In this document: in pieces, positions 1 through 13,300 of the stretch
Layout: each line of letters starts with the position of its first letter
Position numbering within the stretch: the stretch's first letter is position 1
Assembly: GCF_037042905.1 (NCBI RefSeq)
Contig: NC_087246.1
Coordinates: forward strand, 7,690,001 to 7,754,000
Length of the DNA stretch: 64,000 nt
Source: Lytechinus pictus
Lineage: Eukaryota
Reading direction: 5' to 3'
Made by a program: the position numbers and the translations under genes
The notes under the pieces: generated by a model
The model's database searches: none
Seen by the model: the letters and a program-made list of their open reading frames with translations, nothing else
What the model was told of the DNA's origin: nothing

Positions 1-306
1 ATGCAATCAGGTGTTCCCTCTGTAAAGCGAGTGGGCACGTGAGAAACAAGTGCCCAACCACCATAGCAACGGAAACTACGGATGCCACTGATCTTCGCCT
101 TGATGACGATCGCCCGAGACAAGCCGCCACTGCTAGCCTTACTTCAAGCACTTCGTACAGCGGAAAAGCGAAGAAGCAACTTAATCTACAGGATTTTCTA
201 CCCGTCCCAACCCCATCTGATCAGAAAGCAAGTCGACCACGAAAAGCGCCTAGTGTGCATGGTGTGATGAATGCTATCGTCGTGGAAAGCGATGGAAAGT
301 TTTCAT
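1..306 (+). pseudogene. L1/Tx1-type LINE ORF1 (gag-like zinc knuckle), copy 1, 3' part; runs off the window and is interrupted at 307
   Basis: Near-identical to ~9796-10101 of copy 2; encodes the CSLCKASGHVRNKC knuckle; the sequence resumes at 3618 after the insertion. Confidence 0.9.
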
Positions 307-3300
307 AATCAGGGTACTAATGGATAATTCGTTTTTCATTCCTGATTTTCGTAGAGCAAAAACGGAAGTCAACCTCATGGATTGGTCTGTGAAAACACAA
401 AAACGAAATCACAACGAGAAAAACCCCGTTGTGATTTCATTTTTGGAGATCAAAAACGGAAGAATGAAATCAGGAATACTTTTGGTCCTCTCTGATACCT
501 CATTCTATACCTGTGTTTGTTATATATCAAAAACAAAATCAGAACACGCTTTCTACCCCCTGTACTGATTCTGTTTGGAAAAACGCAGACAGCGATAACG
601 AAATCGGGTACCGCTTTCCACTTCCTGCTCTGTGATTTTGTCTTTCGCACAGCCAACAGCCACACCGGCAGGAAGTAGTCTGGACTCTGAACTCGACTCG
701 GGCAATCAGATAAACACTAGCTTGACCCGGCACATGCACGTTTAGGGGGCTCAAATTAACAAAATTAAAGGGAATAAAGGGCTATTTATCGCATTTAAAA
801 TATTAGAATAAAGTAATTTTTCAAGGGGTCCCAGGGATATCCCGACGGCCTAACCAGGGTAACCACGCGTATCCTAACTTATGGAACCTGTCTTAGGCAA
901 CAAGATAGACATTAGCTTGACCCGGTGCATGCACATTTAGGGGGCTCAAATTAAGGGAATAAAGGGATATTTATCGCATTTTTAAAATTAAAATAAAGTA
1001 TATCGAAATACGTTATACACACGTGCACGCAGTACATTGCATGCATGAAGCTTCATGGTGCATGCATGATGCAACAAAAATTCACGTTAACATGGCTTTT
1101 TCCAGTGTTTTCGGACCTTCACAGACAGTGGCGTAGCTAGGATTTTTCCCGGGGGGGGGGGGCAAGGGGAAATAAAAGAAAATGAAGGAGGCATCGAAAT
1201 GAGATGAATAAAATATTTTCAAAAATACATGGATACATGAAATAAGACATGATATTCGCTATGATGTAAAAATCTATCACATAATTATAATTTTATTTCA
1301 AAATGTCATTTTTCTTCTGGCTAGCTTCGCTCGCTGGCGACTTTTTTTAATACAAATTTTCCCACATATGCTATGGTGTGCCCCCTCAAAATATTTAGAT
1401 GATTACGGTACACAACTGCATTGATTGATTGATTGATCGACTAAATTTCCAAAACGACTATCACATAATTATAATTTAATTTCAAAATCATTTTAAAAAG
1501 ACAGGGAAATAAATTAAAGATTTAAAAAGGCAAACAAAAGCGAGTGAAGGTATAAATGGAATGAGGCAAAATCTAAATTGGAAAATAAAAAAAGAGACAA
1601 GATATTACTACCGGGCTGCTGAGGATTGAAGATAACGAGCGGGAAAAAGATGGATGGTATATAGCATAATTTCGTATGGAAGTTTATTATAAAGTTGCTA
1701 AATATTCAAAGCTACCGGGGGCTATGTCCAAGAGTCAAGACCCCGTGCAGTGGAGGCTCTTAACCTGTAACTTTTAAAGGGCTCTATAACGGCCCCCTAT
1801 ATGGACCCTTCCTGCATTAACCTTTGCGTTGAAGCACTGGCGTACGGGGGCGGTGATTGGTTCCACAGCCAAGGGGAATAAAATAATGAAGGAGGCAGCG
1901 AAATGAGATGAATGAAATAAAAAAAGTAAGACATGATATTTGCTTTGATGTAAAAATCTATCACACAATTGAATTTTATTTCAAAAGGCCATTTTTCTGG
2001 CTTCTGGCTCGTTTCGCTCGCTGGCGACTTTTTAAAAAATTTCCCACATTTGCTATGGTAGGCCCCCTCAAAATATTTGGATGATTACGGTACACAATCG
2101 CAGCACTGAATTTATGTGTAGTGTGAAAGCTGTATAAATATACACGCAATTTGATTAAAATTCAAGTGGCCATCTGTAAGGTTTAAAATGGCTTTAATAT
2201 CAAGAGGTTCCGGGGCTCCACCCCGGACCCCACTCGTAAAGCATTGTTGTATGAGTTTGGACCATGGCCCCCAGAAGTTCTACAACCAAACAAAAAAAGA
2301 GGAAAGAAAGAAAAGCAAACTAGGAAAAGTGTTTAATATTTTTCTGAATATCACGTCAAAATCTATCTTCATGTTAGATTCTCATGAAAAGGTATTTTTT
2401 CTATCTCGCTCGCTTCGCTCGCTCCGGACTTATATTAAGCTACTTCTTGCCATAAGCGCCATACTGGGCTCTCTCGAGCATTAGGGCTTCGCCCTGATGG
2501 GCACAATCATAACAAAAATCCTTTTCACCGTGGCGTACAAAAGATATTATATTATCTTTTAACACTATGTCAAAATCTATCACAAAATTGGATTTTTGCC
2601 ATTAAAATGTCAAAATTTTTGCTCGATCGCTCCGCTCACTCGCATATATATATTTTTGTCCAATACTCCATAATATCGCCCCCTCAAAATTTTTGCCTTT
2701 TGACTCCATTGCCTGCTTTATGATGTGACCGGGGAATTCTCGGTTCTTGCCCCCCCCCCCCCCAGCCACCGACCCCTGTTACGCCACTGCATGCAACGGG
2801 TCAAGCTAGTGTGTATCTGGTTGCCCGAGTCGAGTTCTACAAGTGAGGATACGTGGTTACCCCGGCTAGGCCGTCAGGATATCTCTGGGGGCCCCATTAA
2901 AAATACTTTTTTAAAAAATTGAAAAATGCTTGAAATAGCCCTTTATTCCCTTTCATTTTGTTAATTTGAGCCCCCCAAATGTGCATGCGCCGGGTCAAGC
3001 TAGTGTTTATCTGATTGCCCGAGTCGTATTCTCTACAAGTTAGGATACGCGTTGTTACCCTGGCTAGGCCGTCGGGATATCCCTGGGGCCCCTTGAAAAA
3101 TTACTTTATTTTAATTTTTAAAATGCGATAAATAGCCCTTTATTCCCTTTAATTTTGTTAATTTGAGCCCCCTAAATGTGCATGCGCCAGGTCAAGCTAG
3201 TGTTTATCTGATTGCCCGAGTCGAGTTCAGAGTCTCCATAGCAGACTCCTTCCTGCCGGTGTGGCTGTTAGCTGCGCGAAAGACAAAATCACAGAGCAGG

Positions 3301-3617
3301 AAGTGGAAAGCGGTACCCGATTTCGTTATCGCTGTCTGCGTTTTTCCAAACAGAATCAGTACAGGGGGTAGAAAGCGTGTTCTGATTTTGTTTTTGATAT
3401 ATAACAAACACAGGTATAGAATGAGGTATCAGAGAGGACCAAAAGTATTCCTGATTTCATTCTTCTGTTTTTGATCTCCAAAAATGAAATCACAACGGGG
3501 TTTTTCTCGTTGTGATTTCGTTTTTGTGTTTTCACAGACCAATCCATGAGGTTGACTTCCGTTTTTGCTCTACGAAAATCGGGAATGGAAAACGAATTAT
3601 CCATTAGTACCCTGATT
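307..3617. mobile_element. Non-autonomous DNA transposon with ~650-bp terminal inverted repeats and 6-bp TSD
   Basis: Starts AATCAGGGTACTAATGGATAATTCG and ends CGAATTATCCATTAGTACCCTGATT; TTTCAT at 301-306 and 3618-3623; the empty site GGAAAGTTTTCATCTACAG is present in copy 2 (~10089-10107); ~190-bp subterminal repeats in both arms. Confidence 0.9.
1126..2789. mobile_element. hAT-like non-autonomous element nested in the long-TIR element
   Basis: CAGTGGCGTAGC...GTTACGCCACTG termini; internal duplication (~1165-1420 vs ~1870-2100); interior homologous to 19331-20410; no TSD visible. Confidence 0.6.
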
Positions 3618-6609
3618 TTTCATCTACAGACAAAGATCCTGGAGATAAGTCTAAAGGAGATAGAGCAAAGAGTAGTTACGGATCAAGCTCGGAAACAGAA
3701 ACAAGCGATCGCGAGAGCAATGATGAGGGCACCACGCTGTCAGCTGAAACACCTCCGCTACGATTGGTACAAGATAAGAGAAAACCCTCAAAAAGGAAGC
3801 GAAAAGACACAATCAAAAATAAGTGAGTGGAAAGAAATTACAGATATTGATAAGCAGTGAGAAAGAAAGAATGTCAAACCATCGATTTATAGATAAGTCT
3901 ATGTTGCATTTCGTTTCCCTGAATGTGAGAGGGTTGCGAAACAAGCTTAAAAGATACAAGATATTCTTATGGTTAAAGAATCAGAAATGTGATATTGCGT
4001 TTCTCCAAGAAACTTTTTGGTTACATAATATAGAACAAAATGTAAAGAAGGAATGGAAAGGTCAGTGTTTCTTTGACCATGGCACAAATCACTCAAGAGG
4101 AGTAGCCATTCTTGTTCGTGAGGGTCTTTCATTGAACTATAATTCTGTTAATTGTAAAGGAGATGGTAGAGCTATCATTATTCGATTTTCATGTAATTCA
4201 ATATCATACTTTTTTATAAATATTTACGCTCCGACAAAGAACACGGAGAAAGAATTTTTCAAGTCCTTAGATGCCTGGGTAAAAGCATGTAAACGTAATA
4301 ACAATATGGTTATAGCAGGTGGAGATTGGAATTGTGTACAAAATAGAATATTAGATACTTATGGCATATCAAATGTTTATCTACCAAGAAAGAATTTTAA
4401 AAGTTTTCAAGCAAAAAACAAATTAATTGATATATGGAGAAAGCGTAACCAAGATAAGAAACAATTTACTTGGCGACAATTATTATTAAATGTACACTCA
4501 AGACTAGATTATTTGTTGATTTGTTGAGATCTTTTGGGTTCAGCTTTTCAACAGACATAAGGCCCGCATTAAAATGTGACCACAATGCTATATCATTAAA
4601 GATAAACATATCTCAAGAAAAAGAGGTAAAGGTTATTGGAAGATTAATAACTCGTTGGTGAAAGATGAGGTTTATGTTAATTATGTTAAAAGTTTGATAC
4701 AAGTGGTCAAGTTTGAAACGAAAGAAATGAGTACACAAATACAATGGGATGTTTGTAAATATAAGATTAAAGAATAAAGTATCCGTTATGCAAAGGAAAA
4801 GCAATCTAGAGCAACAAGGTATTATCTGAAATTAGAAAGAGAATTAAGGCATTACAACGAAATGTTTGATACTGATATGAATGATGAATTAATAGACAAA
4901 ATGAATAAGTTGAAAGAAGAGTTAGACAAATGGTATGGAAATAAGTGTAAATGTGCTTATGTTAGATCAAGAGAAAAATGGATAGAGAATGGAGAAAAAT
5001 GTACTAAATATTTTATTCAGCTAGAAAGGCAAACAGGAAATAAAAAAGAAATACACTTTCTTGAAAAAAAATGGAAAAAAGTTCTTAATAATGACGAGAT
5101 TCTTAAAGATATTCACAGGTTTTATAAAAACTTGTATTGTCCACCGATACACAAACAGATGTTGATAAATATTTTACTCATGTTCAGGTACCATGCTTAT
5201 CTCGGAAACAAGCAGAAAGTTGTGAAGGGTTGCTTACTGAAACAGAATGTAGAAAAGCATTGTCTTCCATGAATTTAAACCGTTCACTTGGGAGTGACGG
5301 TACAGATGTTTTTGGAATGAAATTGAAGATCTAGTTATAAATAGTTTAAATGGGGGTTATGAAAAGGGAGAACTGTCTTTTATACAAGGACAGTCAGTTC
5401 TTACTCTACTATATAGAAATGGCAATAGGGGATCTCTGGACAATTGGCGACCAATATCTTTACTCAATATCGATTTTAAAATTGCAGCTAGGGTTTTAGC
5501 GATGCGATTACAGAAAATATTATCATCAATTATTTCAACTGATCAATGTGGATTTATTAAAGGTAGATCGGCATCCGAAAATGTTAGGCTTGTTCAAGAT
5601 ATTATTGACTATTGTAAATTTAAAAATTCCCGTGGCATTATGATTTTTTTAGATTTTCGAAAAGCATTCGACAATGTCAACCACTCATTTTTGTTTGAAA
5701 CATTAAAGTGGATCAAGTTTAAGGAATCGTTTATAAATTGGATCAAGATGTTATATAAAAATGCTCACGGTAGAGTACTACAGCGTGGCTGGTTATCAGA
5801 ATCATTTCATATCTATAAAGGTGTAAGACAAGGGTGTCCATTATCAGCATTGCTGTTTATTTTGGTTGCAGAGATTTTAGCAATTCGTATTAAAGAAAAT
5901 GATGAAATCAGAGGTATAGATATTCCAGGAAATCGTTTATGCTTACCACACAGAGAAATAAAAATAACACAGTTCGCAGACGATACGTCAATATTTATTA
6001 ATTCGATTAAATCCCTTCATAATGTCATGAAAGAGATACAAAATTTCGGTATTTTTGCAGGTCCAAAAGTAAATTGGAATAAGACAAAGATGTTAATAAT
6101 AGGGATATTTAACTAAGAAAGAAGCTAGTTCGATTTTACAGATGACCCTGTTAAGTATTTAGGAATATTTATGGGAAAAACGAAGAGCTTATACGAAAGC
6201 TAAATTGGGAAGGGAAAATTGAAAAGGTCAATAACATACTAAAAACATGGAAAATGATACAGCTTACATGTTATGGTAAAAAAATTATTATAAAATGTTT
6301 AATTGTGCCTCAAATCGTTTATGTTGGTACGGTTATCCCAATGCTAGATTACATATGCAAGGGTTTACATAAGTCTAAATGATAGCAATAAGAGATTGAT
6401 CACGGAATTTGTTTCATATTTGAAGTTTTATTTAAATCATTACGGATCTGAACAATTTTGTGTATTAGAGGTTAAGAAAATTATTGATATATTGTAATTA
6501 CTGTTATAATTATTATATTTCACTCTTGAAAAAAAAAGTTATTCCTATGTATATATGTAAATATTTTGAAACAATAAATCCTCAATGAAGAGGCAAAGAG
6601 AAAAAAAAA
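3618..6609 (+). mobile_element. L1/Tx1-type non-LTR retrotransposon copy 1 (end of ORF1, ORF2, 3' UTR, polyA)
   Basis: APE endonuclease and RT motifs; AATAAA at ~6573 and A-tract at 6601-6609; internal deletion at AAG 6371-6373 relative to copy 2. Confidence 0.92.
3871..6497 (+). pseudogene. LINE ORF2 (APE endonuclease + reverse transcriptase), disrupted
   Basis: SLNVRGL, FLQET, GDWN, SRLDY, LDFRKAFD, GVRQGCPLS and QFADD motifs, split across several ORFs by stops and frameshifts. Confidence 0.92.
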
Positions 6610-7166
6610 TAATGCATATGAGACATTGTCCACATTGTAATGGATACTTTATCAGGGAAATCAATTAAAATTCAGCAATGGCTGGGCGCGGTGTTTATTT
6701 GGGGTTGAACAAACATGGAAGGGGTCTTTGTCCCTTGTGACCGTTTTTTTTTGTTTAAATAAAAGATGCTGGCTTTGGCCTGAATATGACTTTCCTCTCC
6801 TATCTTTTATTTGCACGGATTATTCTTTGTACTCTACCAATCTCTCAACATTAATGAATAACTACCATATTAGCAATCAAATTATCTTTTGGATATTGGC
6901 TTTGTTTACAAAGTAAATTAGATCATTCTAGAAATATAATAATCGTTTTTCTATGCAAACAATGATATTATTTGAACATTACAAAACTTTATAAACCGTG
7001 TCAACGCCCCTCAAATGAGCATATAGTAGCGCTGGTTATTGGTGAATTAGTAGTAAAAATAGTGGTAGAAGTAGTAGTAGAAGTAGTAGTAATAGTAGTA
7101 GTATAAGTAGTAGTAGTACTAGTAGTAGAAGTAGTAATAGTAGTAGTAGCATAAGTAGTAGTAGCA

Positions 7167-7204
<38 letters not shown>

Positions 7205-7312
7205 ATAGTAGTAGTAGTAGTAGTAGGAGTAGTACGAGTAGTAGAAGTAGTATTAGTAGTAATAGTAATGGTAGTAGTAGTAGTAGTAGTACTAGAAGTA
7301 GTAGTAGTAGTA

Positions 7313-7367
<55 letters not shown>

Positions 7368-8932
7368 GAGTAGGAGTAGGAGGAGGAGGAGTAGTAGTAG
7401 TAGAAGTCATTAGAAGTAGTATTAGCAGTAGCAGCAGTAGCAGCAGCAGCAGTCAAGCCCGTATGGAGACGTACAGTTTCAGCAAAAAAAATGAAAATTA
7501 TAATACAGAGAAGCAAAAATCTATGAAATTCATGAATGAACAAAATATAGAATTTAGAAAAAAAAAATTATTAAAAACATTCCATTAGATAGCGGTGAAA
7601 CTCTTTTTTTTTTACAACTACATTTATTTTACTTGTGTAATATCACTTAAAACATTAATGACACTACGCAGTTGAGTTCAATGAATTCAATAAAAACAAA
7701 TTTTAAAGAAAAATTAGCCTTATTTAAAGCCCAAGTTAAAACAATATTTGTTCTTCCTTGTTATTTCTTGCATAATCTTACATTTACTGCTCCCGCCCTC
7801 CTTGTTGTTGCTGTTTGTTGATGCTGTGTGTACATTTTTCATTAAATGCTGTCATTAAATATTTATATTATATTGGATGGCTCAGAACGGAATTCCGGAA
7901 ATAAAGAGGTTTACGGATGCTCCTCATGTGCAAAAATTCTGTGTTGAACTCTGCCACGCTTTGGATGTTTTTCCACCCCCCCCCCTCATCCGAAACATCG
8001 ATCGACATCCCTGACTAGTCTTGAAACTTGACTTGAAACTATTCTATTTTTTTACAAAACTTCAGGCTACGCCAGTTAAAACTGAAACCCGGGAAATATA
8101 GGAATAAATCCATCTAATTTCTATAATTACGATTTGCATAATTCCTGACAAATACTGAAAAACCTGCTTAAGTTTAATTACCGTCGTTAGATGATCTCCA
8201 GTACTTTAAATTCCGTCTGTCTTATCTATCTATGTATCATCCTGTATCGGCCACACAGAAACCCTGTTAGCGTAACATTGCGCTAACAATTCGCTAACAA
8301 AGGGCCCCTATACAACCAGTAATGTCACCGCAATGCCTGTCAAAATAATGCATTATTTACACCTGGGATCAACGCTTGACATCAAAATTTGTATATCATT
8401 ATTCATTTACAAATCAGATACTAACAACATGGGTAGAATGACCAGAAAGAAGGCACAGAAAGCGCTGTTAATGCGCCGTTTGGCGCGAGTGTTGTTAAGG
8501 GATTTGAGTCAGGCAAAATCTATAATTTGTGCGTAGTGATCTACATTTGAATTAAGATTTAGTAATGATTATTTGCAGATACTACAAGTTTAAAATAAAA
8601 GAATCCTTATTGTTGCATTTTAAACATGAAATGACAGCGAGTAGTAAATATATATTTACCAATTTAATTTTTAAAATATCGAATGAGCTTTAAAATGATC
8701 AAGAAAATAAGCCTATCATGAAATTACGATAGAGATTCTGTACCAAAAAAATCAATCCCACTTTTCATCAGTTTCTTTTGTTAGAAAATGCTCTTTATAG
8801 ACTTTACTCATCATGCTGCAAAATACAGTGTTAAATTTTTGATATTCAAGAATTTTGTTATTTATTTATCACATATTGATGAAATTTTCACCAATTTTCT
8901 TATCTAATTTTACTCCATACATTCATATATTG
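6610..8932. repeat. Non-LINE part of the tandem duplication, copy 1
   Basis: Near-identical to 14810-17182; identity ends at ...ATTCATATATTG (8932 / 17182). Confidence 0.92.
7045..7452. repeat. (TAG/GTA)n microsatellite with a (CAG)n tail
   Basis: Direct reading of the sequence. Confidence 0.95.
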
Positions 8933-9201
8933 CGATATATCTGCGATGAGAATGGTGTAAATCATAATGTTTATAAGGGCGCAATTTCAACGTCAAGGCG
9001 TAAATTTTTCACCCTCTCAGACTGAGAATTAAAATCGTAAATCATCGGAAAACTGAGAAGCCATCAGGTTGTGTTTTTGGAACAAGATTGAAGGAAAACG
9101 TACATTAAATAATTTGAGACACTTTGTAGCGAATTTTCTTGAGGAGAAAAGGAGAAATCTAGCTGAGATTCTGGAAAGCCACACCCATCCTGATTCTGAA
9201 A

Positions 9202-10304
9202 ATGGCTAACGCAAGTGGAACTAAAACCGTTTTTTGTTAAATCAGAGGATGTTCGAAATGTGAGTACAAAACAAATATCGGGTGAGGAACTGTACATGTC
9301 ATTAGCCAAGATGATAGAACCTACTAACATATGGGGTATCCAGCAAATACGTAATTTATACGTATTTACCTCGTTCGTCATGAAGATAGAGTGAAAGTGA
9401 TAATGAGTGGCTTAGTGCTTCGAGGGGCAGTTACCCCGGTACATGACCTCAATCCATTTACCAAAACCAGGGATGAGAATCTCCTTCGTGTGGTAATATC
9501 CCACTCTCAGTAAGTGACCAACTTATCAAGTCTGAGTTTCAAACCAAAAACATTGAAATTCATGGTGAAATCATCAGGCAAAAACTAAGAGTTAATGGAC
9601 AACTGACGAGCTGCCTTAATGGAGATAGAGTTTTGTTCATCAAACCACCCGCCCAAGCCCTCCCTAGGAAATTCGTTTTCGGGAAGGTTTTCGTCGGTCG
9701 ACTGTACCATCTTGGACAGCCAGAACAGGAAATTGGAAGCGTCGCTACATGCTCGAAATGCCTGGAGAAAGGACATCACGTATCTTCATGCAAGAATGCA
9801 ATCAGGTGTTCCCTCTGTAAAGCGAGTGGGCACGTGAGAAACAAGTGCCCAACCACCATAGCAACGGAAACTACGGATGCCACGGATCTTCGCCTTGATG
9901 ACGATCGCCCGAGACAAGCCGCTACTGCTAGCCTTACTTCAAGCACTTCGTACAGCGGAAAAGCGAAGAAGCAACTTAATCTACAGGATTTTCTACCCGT
10001 CCCAACCCCATCTGATCAGAAAGCAAGTCGACCACGAAAAGCGCCTAGTGTGCATGGTGTGATGAATGCTATCGTCGTGGAAAGCGATGGAAAGTTTTCA
10101 TCTACAGACGAAGATCCTGGAGATAAGTCTAAAGGAGATAGAGCAAAGAGTAGTTACGGATCAAGCTCGGAAACAGAAACAAGCGATCGCGATAGCAATG
10201 ATGAGGGCACCACGCTGTCAGCTGAAACACCTCCGCTACGATTGGTACAAGATAAGAGAAAACCCTCAAAAAGGAAGCGAAAAGACACAATCAAAAATAA
10301 GTGA
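9202..10304 (+). pseudogene. LINE ORF1, gag-like with two CX2CX4HX4C zinc knuckles, frameshifted in the 5' half
   Basis: CSKCLEKGHHVSSC and CSLCKASGHVRNKC in ORF 9633-10304; probable start ATGGCTAAC at 9202. Confidence 0.85.
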
Positions 10305-10348
10305 GTGGAAAGAAATTACAGATATTGATAAGCAGTGAGAAAGAAAGA

Positions 10349-13300
10349 ATGTCAAACCATCGATTCATAGATAAGTCTATGTTGCATTTCGTTTCCCTGA
10401 ATGTGAGAGGGTTGCGAAACAAGCTTAAAAGAGACAAGATATTCTTATGGTTAAAGAATCAGAAATATGATTGCGTTTCTCCAAGAAACTTTTTGGTTAC
10501 ATAATATAGAACAAAATGTAAAGAAGGAATGGAAAGGTCAGTGTTTCTTTGACCATGGCACAAATCACTCAAGAGGAGTAGCCATTCCTGTTCGTGAGGG
10601 TCTTTCATTGAACTATAATTCTGTTAATTGTAAAGGAGATGGTAGAGCTATCATTATTCGATTTTCATGTAATTCAATATCATACTTTTGTATAAATATT
10701 TACGCTCCGACAAAGAAAACGGAGAAAGATTTTTTTAAGTCCTTAGATGCCTGGGTAAAAGCATGTAAACGTTATAACGATATGGTTATAGCAGGTTGAG
10801 ATTGGAATTGTGAACAAAATAGAATTTTAGATACTTATGGCATATCAAATGTTTATTTACCAAAAAAGAATTTTAAAAGTTCTCAAGCAAAAAACAAATT
10901 AATTGATATATGAAGAAAGTGTAACCAAGATAAGAAACAATTTACTTGGCGACAATTATTAAATGTACACTCAAGACTAGATTATTTGTTGATTTGTAGA
11001 GATCTTTTGGGTTCAGTCTTTTCAACAGACATAAGGCCCGCATTAAAATGTGACCACAATGCTATATCATTAAAGATAAAAAATATCTCAAGAAACAAGA
11101 TGTAAAGGTTATTGGAAGATTAATAACTCGTTGTTGAAAGATGAGGTTTATGTTAATTATGTTAAAAGTTTGATACAAGTGGTCAAGTTTGAAACGAAAG
11201 AAACGAGTACACAAATACAATGGGATGTTTTTAAATATTTAATTTAAAGAATAAAGTATCCGTTATGCAAAGGAAAAGCAATCTAGAGCAAAAAGGTATT
11301 ATCTGAAATTAGAAAGAGAATTAAGGCATTACAACGAAATGTTTGATACTGATATGAATGATGAATTAATAGACAAAATAAATAAGTTGAAAGAAGAGTT
11401 AGACTAATGGTATGGAAATAAGTGTAAAGGTGCTTATGTTAGATCAAGAGAAAAATGGATAGAGAATGGAGAAAAATGTACTTAATATTTTATTCAGCTA
11501 GAAAGGCAAACAGGAAATAAAAAAGAAATACACTTTCTTGAAAAAAATTGGAAAAAGGTTCTTAATAATGACGAGATTCTTAAAGATATTCACAGGTTTT
11601 ATAAAACTTGTATTGTCCACCGATACACGAAACAGATGTTGATAAATATTTTACTCATGTTCAGGTACCATGCTTATCTCGGGAACAAGCAGAAAGTTGT
11701 GAAGGGTTGCTTACTGAAACAGAATGTAGAAAAGCATTGTCTTCCATGAATTTAAACCGTTCACCCGGGAGTGACGGTCTAAGTGTGGAATTCTACAGAT
11801 GTTTTTGGAATGAAATTGAAGATCTAGTTATAAATAGTTTAAATGGGGGTTATAAAAAGGGAGAACTGTCTTTTATACAAGGACAGTCAGTTCTTACTCT
11901 ACAATATAGAAATGGCAATAGGGGATCTCTGGACAATTGGCGACCAATATCTTTACTCAATATCGATTATAAAATTGCAGCTAGGGTTTTAGCGATGCGA
12001 TTACAGAAAATATTATCATCAATTATTTCAACTGATCAATGTGGATTTATTAAAGGTAGATCGGCATCCGAAAATGTTAGGCTTGTTCAAGATATTATTG
12101 ACTATTGTAAATTTAAAGATTCCCGTGGCATTATAATTTTTTTAGATTTTCGAAAAGCATTCGACAATGTCAACCACTCATTTTTGTTTGAAACATTTAA
12201 GCGGATGAAGTTTAAGGAATCGTTTATAAATTGGATCAAGATGTTATATAAAAATGCTCACCCTGCTCACGGTAGAGTACTACAGCGTGGCTGGTTATCA
12301 GAATCGTTTCATATCTATAAAGGTGTAAGACAAGGGTGTCCATTATCAGCATTGCTGTTTATTTTGGTTGCAGAGATTTTAGCAATTCGTATTAAAGAAA
12401 ATGATGAAATCAGAGGTATAGATATTCCAGGAAATCGTTTATGCTTACCACACAGAGAAATAAAAATAACACAGTTCGCAGACGATACGACAATATCAAT
12501 TAATTCGATTAAATCCCTTCATAATGTTATGAAAGAGATACAAAATTTCGGTATTATTGCAGGTCCAAAAGTAAATTGGAATAAGACAAAGATGTTAATA
12601 ATAGGGATATTTAACTTAGAAAGAAGCGAGTTCGATTTTACAGATGACCCTGTTAAGTATTTAGGAATATTTATGGGGAAAAAACGAAGAGCTTATACGA
12701 AAGCTAAATTGGGAAGGGAAAATTGAAAAGGTCAATAACATACTAAAAACATGGAAAATGATACAGCTTACATGTTATGGTAAAATAATTATTATAAAAT
12801 GTTTAATTGTGCCTCAAATCGTTTATGTTGGTACGGTTATCCCAATGCTAGATTACATATGCAAGGGTTTACATAAGATAATATATTGCTTTTTATGGAA
12901 TTCAAAGCGTGAGAAAGTTAAACGTAATATTTGTGTCAGACCGATAGTTGAAGGTGGTCTTGGTATGATCGGTCTATATTCGAAATCAAAATCTCTTATA
13001 TTGTCTTGGATAAATTCCTTTTTTGATAATTACGATGCAGTCTGGAAAACACTTTTCTCGTTTTGGTTAAGTTACATAGGTGAAATCCCCTACTGTTTTC
13101 GAATGAACTGTCATCCAAAACACATGTTAAAGCTTTGTCGAAAAAAGGGTTTACCAATGTTTTATATTGAATTTCTATATACATGGGCTCAATTACGTTA
13201 TTTAGATGAGCAGAATGTTGAAAATATATATCGTGAAATATTATTGAATAATAGTGTAGGGATTGATTTTGTACTTATTTCTTTCCACTCTTTTTCAGGA

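Noticed and set aside
320..3604. Paired 71-103-aa ORFs at 320-754 and 3163-3604
   Set aside because: They are mirror images produced by the TIRs; no recognisable domain
11608..12726. 372-aa RT ORF as a functional gene, retron or group II intron
   Set aside because: It is a fragment of a multiply disrupted LINE ORF2 with an upstream endonuclease and a polyA tail
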